Shown piece by piece: positions 19,521 through 28,341 of a DNA stretch of 64,000 nt (position 1 is the first letter of the stretch; the number at the start of each line of letters is the position of its first letter). The DNA comes from Candidatus Latescibacterota bacterium (GTDB taxonomy: Bacteria; Latescibacterota; UBA2968): contig OZ242311.1 of assembly GCA_965207885.1 (NCBI GenBank), positions 1,920,001-1,984,000 on the forward strand, given 5' to 3'. Made by a program: the position numbers and the translations under genes. The notes under the pieces are model-generated. The model was not told the DNA's origin. It ran no database searches and saw only the letters and a list, made by a program, of their open reading frames with translations.

Positions 19521-20867
19521 TTACAGTTTAAAGACGTGATCTTTCTTTCCAGATACGGCCTGCGTGGCATTGCGCGTATCGACAATACAACGCGCGTGTT
19601 TTACAATCCATTCATAATCCCAATCGCTGTGATGTGTCACAATGACCACACAATGGGCTTCTGTTAAATGTTTTTTATTTAAAGAAGTACTCTTCAAGTC
19701 CAAACTTTCTGTCTGCAAGTGATCCACAAACGGATCGCAATACGAGACCTTCGCCCCTTTCTCCTGAAGCATTTCTATAATATCCAATGCTGGTGACTCG
19801 CGAATATCGCGTACATCGGGTTTGTACGTCACGCCCAATATCAGGATGTTCGCGCCTTTCAAACACCGCTCGTATTCGTTGAGTGCGTCGGTGATTTTAT
19901 CGACCACATACCCTGGCATGCTGCGCGTCACTTCGCTGGCTAATTCGATAAAGCGCGCATTGTAATTCAAGGTCTTGAGCTTCCAGGCCAGAAAGTGCGG
20001 ATCAACCGGGATACAATGCCCGCCCAGCCCTGGACCGGGATAAAATGGCATGAATCCAAACGGCTTGGTCGCTGCGGCATCGATTACTTCCCAAACATCC
20101 ACCCCCAGGCGGTCACACATCAGGGCCACTTCATTGACAAGACCAATATTTACACTGCGAAAAGTATTTTCCAGCAACTTGGTCATTTCTGCGGCCTGGG
20201 TTGATGAGACCGGTACAACTTCGCCGATCGATTGTCGGTAAAAATACGTGCCTATTTCTGTGCAAGACGGGGTAATACCACCCACGACCTTGGGCGTGTT
20301 GGTGATGGTATAAACCCTGTTGCCCGGATCGACGCGCTCTGGGGAAAATACCAGAAAAAAATCTCGACCGACCTTCAAGCCACTTTCTTCGAGCAGGGGC
20401 AATACCAGTTCATGGGTCGTACCTGGATACGTCGTGCTCTCCAAAATCACCAGTTGTCCACGGCGCAGTCGGTCTTTGATTGCACCACATGCCTGCAAAA
20501 TAAACGAGACATCCGGATCGCGTGTTTTATTTAAGGGTGTGGGCACACATACCACGACCACATCGGCCTCATCGAGCACATCGCATTCTCGAGTTGCCGT
20601 CAATTTTCCCACAGCTTTGAGACCCGCTACTTCAAATTCCGATACACCCTGCACATCGGACTTTCCCGATTCTACCAGATCTACTTTGCGCGCCGATGTA
20701 TCGATTCCCGTGACAGAAAATCCCACCTTGCCCAATTCCACGGATAGGGTCAATCCCACATACCCCAATCCCATCACCGCTATCCGTGCTTCGTGCGATG
20801 CGATTTTTTCCTCCAGCATCTGTCTGGGGTTGGCAATTTCTCGAGGTAATCTTTCCGGTATAGCCAT
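19521..20867 (-). CDS. UDP-N-acetyl-hexosamine/nucleotide-sugar dehydrogenase (WbpA/WecC-like)
   Basis: [40 protein letters not shown]. Confidence 0.92.
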   Translation of the reverse strand: MAIPERLPREIANPRQMLEEKIASHEARIAVMGLGYVGLTLSVELGKVGFSVTGIDTSARKVDLVESGKSDVQGVSEFEVAGLKAVGKLTATRECDVLDEADVVVVCVPTPLNKTRDPDVSFILQACGAIKDRLRRGQLVILESTTYPGTTHELVLPLLEESGLKVGRDFFLVFSPERVDPGNRVYTITNTPKVVGGITPSCTEIGTYFYRQSIGEVVPVSSTQAAEMTKLLENTFRSVNIGLVNEVALMCDRLGVDVWEVIDAAATKPFGFMPFYPGPGLGGHCIPVDPHFLAWKLKTLNYNARFIELASEVTRSMPGYVVDKITDALNEYERCLKGANILILGVTYKPDVRDIRESPALDIIEMLQEKGAKVSYCDPFVDHLQTESLDLKSTSLNKKHLTEAHCVVIVTHHSDWDYEWIVKHARCIVDTRNATQAVSGKKDHVFKL

Positions 20868-21796
20868 TATGTTATCCGCTCTGGTCCGATCATTTGAATC
20901 AATACGGCCTTTTGAATATGCATGCGATTCTCTGCTTGATCCACAGCAATGCATCGCTCGCTTGCCATGACCTCATCCGTTACTTCATATCCCTTGTGTG
21001 CAGGTAAGCAGTGCATGACATAAGCATCTGTCTTTTTGAGCAATTCGCTATTGATCTGATATGGCATGAATACTTTGGTGCGTCGCTTCTTTTCTTCTGA
21101 AAATTCTGGATTGTTAAAAAATTCCATATCAATCCACGTATCGGTATAAACAAAATCTGCATCGGCAACAGCGGCTTCCAGATCCAGCGTTTCTTCAAAC
21201 AACCCGGTTGCACGCGCTGCTTTGACCAGTTCGGGGTCTGCCGATGGCTTGTTGATCTCTGGCGTCACAGCCGTTATGCGTACGCCTGCTTTTGTGCACG
21301 CTGTCACCAGCGAATTGCACACATTGTTCCAGATGCCCACATAAACTACATGCGTTCCCGCCAACTTGCCTCGCACTTCCAGGATCGATAGCAGATCGCC
21401 CAGGGCTTGACAGGGGTGATAGCGGTCACAACATCCGTTGATCACAGGGACTTCGGAGCCGAGAGTCAGCCGCAGCAGATCTTCGTGTTTGAGCATGCGC
21501 GCCATAATCACATCGGCATATCGCGACAGGACCTGTGCTTCATCGCGCACATCGGCCAATCCAAAATTGGTGGTCATCCAGTCCAAAAATACGGCCTGAC
21601 CTCCCAATTGATGCATGCCCACTTCAAAAGATACGCGGGTGCGCGTCGATGTTTTCTGAAATAACATCGCCAAAGTTTGTCCCTTTAGCAAACCTTCATA
21701 GCGCTCGGGATTCTTTTTGATCACCAGACCCATTTCTACCGCATGCAAAATATCATCTGGCGACCACGTCTTCAGTGTCAAAAGATCCATATCCAT
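20867..21796 (-). CDS. argF: Ornithine carbamoyltransferase
   Basis: FQKTSTRTRVSFE, HPCQALGD, YTDTW, MHCLPAH, QAENRMH. Confidence 0.93.
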   Translation of the reverse strand: MDMDLLTLKTWSPDDILHAVEMGLVIKKNPERYEGLLKGQTLAMLFQKTSTRTRVSFEVGMHQLGGQAVFLDWMTTNFGLADVRDEAQVLSRYADVIMARMLKHEDLLRLTLGSEVPVINGCCDRYHPCQALGDLLSILEVRGKLAGTHVVYVGIWNNVCNSLVTACTKAGVRITAVTPEINKPSADPELVKAARATGLFEETLDLEAAVADADFVYTDTWIDMEFFNNPEFSEEKKRRTKVFMPYQINSELLKKTDAYVMHCLPAHKGYEVTDEVMASERCIAVDQAENRMHIQKAVLIQMIGPERIT

Positions 21797-21879
21797 TTCC
21801 TTTCTATTGAACCGCTGCTACAGCCTGTCCCTGCAGGAATCAAAGCAGGGGTTGCCAGGTCAGGGGGAGTTTCACCGAT

Positions 21880-22839
21880 TCACAATTGTTCGCGCACAAC
21901 AGATAGCAAACGCGCTTGCACTTCGTCAACAGTGCCTTTAATCTCGCATCCCGATGCGCGGATGTGACCGCCACCACCAAATTGACGGGCAATGCGATTG
22001 ACATCCACCTTTTTCCGCGACCGCAAACTCACGCGCTGTTGTCCAGGCTCCTGTTCTTTGAAAAATAGTGCGACTTCAACCCCGTCAATCGACATCGCGT
22101 GATCGACCACGCCATCCAGATCACCATTCATCGCGTGGATTTTGTGATCGACGTACAATGTGCTGATCTGTCCATTTTCGTGTAGCGTTAGATTCGACAG
22201 CGCGAATCCCAGGGTTTTCACCGTTTGGTACGTTTGATGCGAAAACATGTTCTCTGCAATCTGTTGCGGGTCAGCGCCGTGCGTAACGAGTTCTGCGGCA
22301 ACGCGGAGTGCGCGTTCTGGATGCGAATGTTTAAATAGCTTTGTGTCAAAAACAATTCCGGCATATAAACACGTTGCGATCTCAAATGTAAATCCCGAAT
22401 TACTACGACGGGCGTGCCAGTTTATGAGCAAATAGATCAATTCACTGACAGAACTGGCATCTGGATCAATCACCCGTACATCGACCTTCTCATCTGCATC
22501 TACATGGTGATCAATCACCAGCGTTTTTGTCGCAGGCCCAATCAGATCCGCGACATCCCCAATGCGTTTTTTCGATGTCGTCGTATCCACCACCACGAGG
22601 CGCGGTACTACTGGAATTGAGCGGTACACCGATTCTATGCGATCATAGCCCGGCAAGAACCGATATTTGCGATCCGGCGTCTCGTCCGCCACCACAATGC
22701 GGTGCTTCTGGTTCTGGCGCATCAACCAGTGGCTCAACCCCAATAACGCACCGAGGCCATCGCCATCGGCATTCACATGCGTTGTCAGCACGAGTTCCTC
22801 GCCTGCCAACAAAAAATTCAGAGCCGCTTGAAAGTCCAT
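21880..22839 (-). CDS. nrnA: DHH-family phosphoesterase (NrnA oligoribonuclease/PAP phosphatase)
   Basis: THVNADGDGLG, IDHH, GIVFDT, VSLRS, FGGGGH. Confidence 0.88.
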   Translation of the reverse strand: MDFQAALNFLLAGEELVLTTHVNADGDGLGALLGLSHWLMRQNQKHRIVVADETPDRKYRFLPGYDRIESVYRSIPVVPRLVVVDTTTSKKRIGDVADLIGPATKTLVIDHHVDADEKVDVRVIDPDASSVSELIYLLINWHARRSNSGFTFEIATCLYAGIVFDTKLFKHSHPERALRVAAELVTHGADPQQIAENMFSHQTYQTVKTLGFALSNLTLHENGQISTLYVDHKIHAMNGDLDGVVDHAMSIDGVEVALFFKEQEPGQQRVSLRSRKKVDVNRIARQFGGGGHIRASGCEIKGTVDEVQARLLSVVREQL

Positions 22840-22884
22840 TTTTATATCCAAATGTACATATCAATGCAAGAGGATAGCTATTCG

Positions 22885-23448
22885 TCAACGTTTTAAAATC
22901 TGCTCGTGCCGACGTTTTAGAATTTGCTGTCGCCGCTTCTGAGAACTGAGTATGGTGAACAGAATATTTCCCCGTTTGCGCGCCGCCTGCAATGCCTGGA
23001 CATCCCGCTGGTCCTGGTCTTTTAACCGGGACAAATACAGCATGCGTTGTGCCGCATCTCGTAGCGACTTTGCCGAAAACAACACTGAGAGTGTTCCCTG
23101 TCGTCCTATTTTGTATATTTCACGCGCACGTTGCGCTATATTCTGCTCGCGATTTTTGAGTTGTGACTCAGCCAGTCTAAGCAGTTGCTCAGTACGGTTG
23201 ATTTCAATCTCCAGATTATTGATTTCCTCAGTCAAATTCAGAGATGTGTCCTGAGTCTTTTCACCTGGTTGAGCCGATACTTCAGACGAGGCTTGAGGCG
23301 TTTGCAGATCACGCGCTTTTAAGCTGTCCATCGCCGCTTGCTCGGCTTTCAGGCGTGCTTCCAGAACTTTTATTGTCTGCGCACTTCCGTTGGGAGATAA
23401 TGCGAGTAGAAGAGCTATTATACACAATATGTACGCTGGTTTTTGCAC
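22885..23448 (-). CDS. EnvC/PcsB-like coiled-coil protein lacking the C-terminal LytM/M23 domain
   Basis: Signal peptide, then coiled coil with IAQRAREIYKIGR..LSVLFSAKSLRDAAQRMLYL; lies downstream of ftsX; GTG start after GAGG. Confidence 0.7.
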   Translation of the reverse strand: MQKPAYILCIIALLLALSPNGSAQTIKVLEARLKAEQAAMDSLKARDLQTPQASSEVSAQPGEKTQDTSLNLTEEINNLEIEINRTEQLLRLAESQLKNREQNIAQRAREIYKIGRQGTLSVLFSAKSLRDAAQRMLYLSRLKDQDQRDVQALQAARKRGNILFTILSSQKRRQQILKRRHEQILKR

Positions 23449-23465
23449 GCTATACCTCAACCATC

Positions 23466-24329
23466 CTACGCGATTTCTTTCAACACGTGGTTCAGGGATG
23501 CCCAACTGCCTATCGCGCCCAGTACGATGCCCAATGCCACCAGGCAGAATGACAGTTCAATCGTTGGTGTGACTGTCAAATCCGGTACGCGAACAGCCCA
23601 CCACGGTGATATATAAGCCAACATCAGGGGGGCTAAAAATCCACCGATAAAGCCCAATAGTGCCCCTCCAACCCCAAAGATCATCCACACAGTTATATTC
23701 GTTGCGCCGACCAACCGCATAATCCCAATGGCATCGCGCTGCGCGAGTACCATCAACTTGGTCGCATGGCTCACTGCAAATGCACATGCAAAACACAACA
23801 TACACCCAAGCGCGAGTCCAATGCCGGTGATTACTGTAATAAAGTGCTCTAAAGAATCCGCCCAAGCTTCTCCCACATTTACACCTTCTACAGCACTGTG
23901 ACCAGTTACAGATCTTGCAACAGTTCGAGCTCGGCGCGGCATATTCTCTCCGGGCGAGATATGTACTCTGAGCGAAGCGGGCAATGGATTGCGCGAAAGC
24001 GCATCAACCGTACCCAGGCCAAATCGTGACCGAAATTCTCTGGCCGCCTCGTCCTGATCCACATACACAATTCCGGCTACCTCGGACCTTGCTTCTAACG
24101 TGCGCCGCAATGCGAATATGCGCTGAGGTGAAATGCCATCTTTTAAGTAAATGTCTATCTCCACCCGTGCGCGCAATCGGTCAACCAGCGCGTTCCCACC
24201 CTCGATGACCTTCCAGAAGAATCCCAATACCAGCAGCGATGCCCCAATGGTCGCCACAGAAATTACACCTGCGATTCTCGTACACACAACTCCTTGCCAT
24301 GCCTCGCGCAATACCAGCGACCATTTCAT
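23466..24329 (-). CDS. ftsX: Cell division permease FtsX (divergent)
   Basis: VEIDIYLKD, NPLPASL, IMRLVGAT; 4-TM layout; follows ftsE. Confidence 0.85.
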   Translation of the reverse strand: MKWSLVLREAWQGVVCTRIAGVISVATIGASLLVLGFFWKVIEGGNALVDRLRARVEIDIYLKDGISPQRIFALRRTLEARSEVAGIVYVDQDEAAREFRSRFGLGTVDALSRNPLPASLRVHISPGENMPRRARTVARSVTGHSAVEGVNVGEAWADSLEHFITVITGIGLALGCMLCFACAFAVSHATKLMVLAQRDAIGIMRLVGATNITVWMIFGVGGALLGFIGGFLAPLMLAYISPWWAVRVPDLTVTPTIELSFCLVALGIVLGAIGSWASLNHVLKEIA

Positions 24330-24346
24330 TTTACTTTTCCATTTTC

Positions 24347-25012
24347 TCAATTTGTGACTTGCTCAATGATGCCATTTTCCAACTGCAATATTCGCCAGGG
24401 ATATCGGTTTTCCTGCACTGCATCACGTGTCGCTATGACTACAGCTATTCCGCGTGCATTTATCTTTTTAAAAATAGCCATCACCTGCTCTGTTGCCTCG
24501 GAATCCAAATTGGCTGTTGGTTCATCTGCCAACAAGATAAGGGGATCATTCACCAGTGCCCGCGCAATTGCCACTCGTAGCCGTTCATAACCCGACAACT
24601 CATCTGGATACACATTGCGTTTGTGCAACAAATCCACATCCGACAATATTGCCTGTGTTTTGCGCTTGATCCAGCGTCGCGAAACACCTGTTACTTCAAG
24701 CGCGAAGGCCACATTTTCATAAACTGTGCGATGGTGTAATAGTTTGAAGTCTTGAAATACCACGCCCACTTGTCGTCGCAATCGAGGGATATCCGTTTTT
24801 CGAATTTGCCGCGAGTCGTACTCTCCCACAGATACCACGCCCGAACTGGGCAATTCCGCAAATATAACCAGCCCGAGTATCGCGCGCTTTTCCGCTTCGG
24901 TCTGTCCAATCAGATAGACAAATTCGCCCTGATTGATCTCTAAATTGGCGTCGATCAATATCGGTTGTCCCTGCTGCTCGACACCCACGTTTTGTAATTT
25001 AATCACAGGCAT
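24347..25012 (-). CDS. ftsE: FtsE-like ABC ATPase with degenerate catalytic motifs
   Basis: IPRLRRQVGVVFQDFKLL, TVYENVAFAL, ARALVNDP..LADEPTANLD; Walker A is GQTEAEKR, signature LSGYE, H-loop ATRD. Confidence 0.88.
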   Translation of the reverse strand: MPVIKLQNVGVEQQGQPILIDANLEINQGEFVYLIGQTEAEKRAILGLVIFAELPSSGVVSVGEYDSRQIRKTDIPRLRRQVGVVFQDFKLLHHRTVYENVAFALEVTGVSRRWIKRKTQAILSDVDLLHKRNVYPDELSGYERLRVAIARALVNDPLILLADEPTANLDSEATEQVMAIFKKINARGIAVVIATRDAVQENRYPWRILQLENGIIEQVTN

Positions 25013-25044
25013 GATGTACGACTGCTTCAGTAGTTCCCATTGAA

Positions 25045-25788
25045 CTATTTTTTTAGAACAAAATGCACCCGGTCCGAAAATTCTGTCGGTGGTGCATACC
25101 CAAATCCACCGTATGCGCCCACTATATCAAAAGGCGATTTATCTACAATTTCTTCAATCGCCGACAAGGAATAGATGCGCTGTTGATGCACTTCTTTGAC
25201 CACTTCATCCGTGTCTTCAAAGTGAATATCAAATTTGTTGTATTGCACACCCTTCTCGTAATAGCTGTGTCGCCGATATGAAAAACCATCCCCCGAATCT
25301 TCTGACTGCATATTGCTAAAGTATTGCCTCGAATTACTCTCTGTACAGATATCGACCACAAAAATACCGTTGAAATTTACAATGCAGTGTACTTCTTCCA
25401 GAGCACGTGCGATCAGTTCGGGTGACATCAAATAGTTGATGCTATCGTACAAACACAATACTGCATCACATGGAGGCAAATCGCTCAAATCGAGCAGATT
25501 GCGATGGTAAAATGGAATGGGATAGCGCAACTTGCGCGCCTTTTCTATAGCCATATCCAGCATTTCCCGGCAACCATCCGCACCCATCACATCGAACTTC
25601 TGACGGTATAACTGAATTGCCAGACTACCCGTGCCACAGGCCAGGTCCAATACGCGGTTGGGTTTGACTTTGTGTCGTGCGAGCAATGACGACACATAAT
25701 GCGCCCAATGTACGTAATCCACGTGTCGCATCACCTGGTCGTAAATGGTCGCTAAGCGACTATAAGGTGTTGCCTCAGTAGTCGGCAT
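25045..25788 (-). CDS. Class I SAM-dependent methyltransferase
   Basis: VLDLACGTG, CLYDSINYL. Confidence 0.88.
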   Translation of the reverse strand: MPTTEATPYSRLATIYDQVMRHVDYVHWAHYVSSLLARHKVKPNRVLDLACGTGSLAIQLYRQKFDVMGADGCREMLDMAIEKARKLRYPIPFYHRNLLDLSDLPPCDAVLCLYDSINYLMSPELIARALEEVHCIVNFNGIFVVDICTESNSRQYFSNMQSEDSGDGFSYRRHSYYEKGVQYNKFDIHFEDTDEVVKEVHQQRIYSLSAIEEIVDKSPFDIVGAYGGFGYAPPTEFSDRVHFVLKK

Positions 25789-25860
25789 AAAATGAAAAAC
25801 GGCCAGCCCGTGCCGGCCTTGACCTTTCTACTTTGCGGAGTGGTGAGGGGAGCGCGCGTC

Positions 25861-26133
25861 TCAAAAAAATTCTGGTGCCCGTGCCTCATTTCGAATAACG
25901 CGATAATATTCTGGTGCTCGTTTCCGCGACACATTGCCCCGTGGAATCGCCAATACTTCAAACTCTAACAGGCGATCGGAAAACGCAATGCGCACTCTCT
26001 GGCCGACACGCAAAACGCGACTCGCCTTGGCTTCCTGCCCATCTACTGTCACAATCCCATTGCCACACGCTCGCTTGGCCTCTGATCGACGCCGCACCAG
26101 ACAACACGTATTTAGATAGATATCTAATCTCAT
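25861..26133 (-). CDS. S4-domain RNA-binding protein (RqcP/YabO-Hsp15 family)
   Basis: MRLDIYL...RRRSEAKRAC..G.V.VDGQEAKAS; about 90 aa. Confidence 0.85.
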   Translation of the reverse strand: MRLDIYLNTCCLVRRRSEAKRACGNGIVTVDGQEAKASRVLRVGQRVRIAFSDRLLEFEVLAIPRGNVSRKRAPEYYRVIRNEARAPEFF

Positions 26134-26140
26134 ACTATCC

Positions 26141-27382
26141 CTATTCCAGCCGCACATCCACATATAATTTCGCTCGCGTTTCCGCCAGTTTCTCGCGGAA
26201 TAATGCTTGCAAGCGTTCCTCTTTGGCAATTTGCTCTAATGCAGTGGCCTCGTCATTGATGCGGAATAGGTTCCAGCCGCCTTCCACTTCTACGGGCAAA
26301 CTCACATCGCCCGGCTTGAGTGCTCGCACCACCTCTGCATATTGGGGTGGAAGGTCAGTTCTGGGAAAACTTCCCAGAAATCCGCCGCGCGATGCTGTTT
26401 CTTCAAAGTCGGAATGTTCGCGCGCAAGTTCGGCAAAATCCGCCCCGTCTTTAATTTGTTGGTACAATGCCATTGCCTTTTGCTGCGAGGCTTTTTCGTC
26501 TTTTTGCAACAAAAACAAAATGTGACGCGCCCGCACCTGATCGCCCGAGATTTCCTCAACGCGAATAATGTGAAAGCCAAATTGCGATTGCACGAGGTCG
26601 CTCACTTCGCCGACTTTGAGACTAAAGGCAACGTCTTCAAATGCAGGTACCATGGTACCGCGTCCAAAAAAGCCGAGATCCCCACCTTGAGACGCGCTGC
26701 CAGGGTCTTGTGAGTATTCTTTTGCCAGTGCTGCAAAATCTTCACCTGCTCGAATGCGTTCTAAGACTGCTTCTGCCTGGGGGCGAATTTTGTCCTGTTG
26801 TTCTGTCGATGCAACAGGTTCAACAAATATATGGCTCAAAGACACGACATTCGACTCGCCGCGCCGGTATTTTTCTTGAAATTCCTTTATATCCCGGGGC
26901 GATACGCTGACCTGCTGCGCCAGTATTTCATACATACTGCGTTCCAAATACTGATTGCGAAATTGCTCCCTGAATTTATCTCGCATCTGTCGCTCGGTCA
27001 ACCCCGCTTTTTTTAATTCTTCGGCAAAAGCCGCTGTGCCAAATTGTTCCTTAAACTGGCGAACCTGCGCCCGCACCATTTCTTCCACGCGCTCGTCATC
27101 TACCTCTATGCTGTCTTCTCGCGCTCTGACCAGTAATAAGTTGCGCTGAATTTCATTTTCCAGCACCTTATTGAACATATTCTCAAGCTCTGCCTGCGGT
27201 ACGGTTCGCACATCAATTCCTCGACCGATCAATTCCATCCGCAGTTTGTTTTCCACATCGGATCGCAGCACAATTTTGTCATCTACCACTGCTATAATTT
27301 TATCCAATAAGACAGGCTGTGCACGCGCTGTGCACGCGAGCAGAAATACTCCAATCAGCAAGTTGATAAGCAGCGTTTTCAT
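26141..27382 (-). CDS. surA: SurA-like chaperone/peptidyl-prolyl isomerase (two parvulin domains)
   Basis: [17 protein letters not shown]; [25 protein letters not shown]; SQFGFHII. Confidence 0.85.
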   Translation of the reverse strand: MKTLLINLLIGVFLLACTARAQPVLLDKIIAVVDDKIVLRSDVENKLRMELIGRGIDVRTVPQAELENMFNKVLENEIQRNLLLVRAREDSIEVDDERVEEMVRAQVRQFKEQFGTAAFAEELKKAGLTERQMRDKFREQFRNQYLERSMYEILAQQVSVSPRDIKEFQEKYRRGESNVVSLSHIFVEPVASTEQQDKIRPQAEAVLERIRAGEDFAALAKEYSQDPGSASQGGDLGFFGRGTMVPAFEDVAFSLKVGEVSDLVQSQFGFHIIRVEEISGDQVRARHILFLLQKDEKASQQKAMALYQQIKDGADFAELAREHSDFEETASRGGFLGSFPRTDLPPQYAEVVRALKPGDVSLPVEVEGGWNLFRINDEATALEQIAKEERLQALFREKLAETRAKLYVDVRLE

Positions 27383-27419
27383 GTCGATAAATTCCTTGTA
27401 TTAGTAGTCGGTTCAGTCC

Positions 27420-28277
27420 TCACTTTGCACTATTCAATTGCTTCCAATCCACTGACCATTCAATCCGTTCTTTGAGTTCGGCAAGCAATTTGGCGCGTTG
27501 CGCACGTCGGCGCTCGGTCAGGATGCGTTGCTGAATCTCGCTGCGCACATCGACCAGGTCGCGTATTGAACCCGTGTCGTTTCGATCCATTACTTCGATG
27601 ATATGGTAACCCAACTCGGTACGCGTGCGTATCCGGTGTCCCAATTTGGCATCCCAACATGCCGCCCAAAAAGAAGGGTTGACCATATCTTCGGTAAAGT
27701 ACCCCAGATCGCCACCATTTACAGCCGACTGATCGATTGAGACTTCGCGTGCTACCTGTTCAAAAAACTCGCCCTTTTGCAGCCGGTTCCACGCCCGAGT
27801 CTGTGCATTTCGGTCTGCCACAATGAGGTGCCGCACCCTGAGTTCGAGTTGATCGCGCTCGAAATCTGCACGATGTTCTTCGTAATAGGTGAGAATTTCA
27901 TCCTCTGAGACTTCGGCATCGCGTGCGTGCGTGCGTGCCATCAATTCGCTCGCCAACAGTTGCCGAACAGCGCGATCAATGCGATCTGATATTTCGGGGT
28001 CCTGGTCGAGTTGTTGTCTTATGGCTTCTCGATAGAGGAGTTCTTCCGCGATCCAATTTTCGACCAATATTTGTTTTTCTTTTGGCGAGATTGTGCCTGC
28101 AAACGGAGGGGGAATACGCCTCTCCAATGCTTCTTTGGTCAGATGGCGATTCCCCACTTGCGCCACGATGGAAACTTTTTGTGGCCTCTCGCATCCCCAC
28201 ATGCCAATCAGGCAGATTAGCAGGCCAATTTTCAAATACCGCGCTCGCTTCAAAACGCGATCTCCCATTGCGATCAT
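27420..28277 (-). CDS. PpiC-type peptidyl-prolyl isomerase, probable lipoprotein
   Basis: MWGC lipobox; FEQVAREVSID..NGGDLGYF; TELGYHII. Confidence 0.82.
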   Translation of the reverse strand: MIAMGDRVLKRARYLKIGLLICLIGMWGCERPQKVSIVAQVGNRHLTKEALERRIPPPFAGTISPKEKQILVENWIAEELLYREAIRQQLDQDPEISDRIDRAVRQLLASELMARTHARDAEVSEDEILTYYEEHRADFERDQLELRVRHLIVADRNAQTRAWNRLQKGEFFEQVAREVSIDQSAVNGGDLGYFTEDMVNPSFWAACWDAKLGHRIRTRTELGYHIIEVMDRNDTGSIRDLVDVRSEIQQRILTERRRAQRAKLLAELKERIEWSVDWKQLNSAK

Positions 28278-28341
28278 ATCCCCGCATGTGGCTCTAAACT
28301 ATTGGCAATAAAAAAGGTTCCAAGTAATCGAATATACGCCT

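Noticed and set aside
21797-21879. SRP RNA (ffs)
   Set aside because: CAGG...AGCAGC is present on the minus strand, but the intervening stem lacks the GNRA tetraloop and pairing, and the region is too short.
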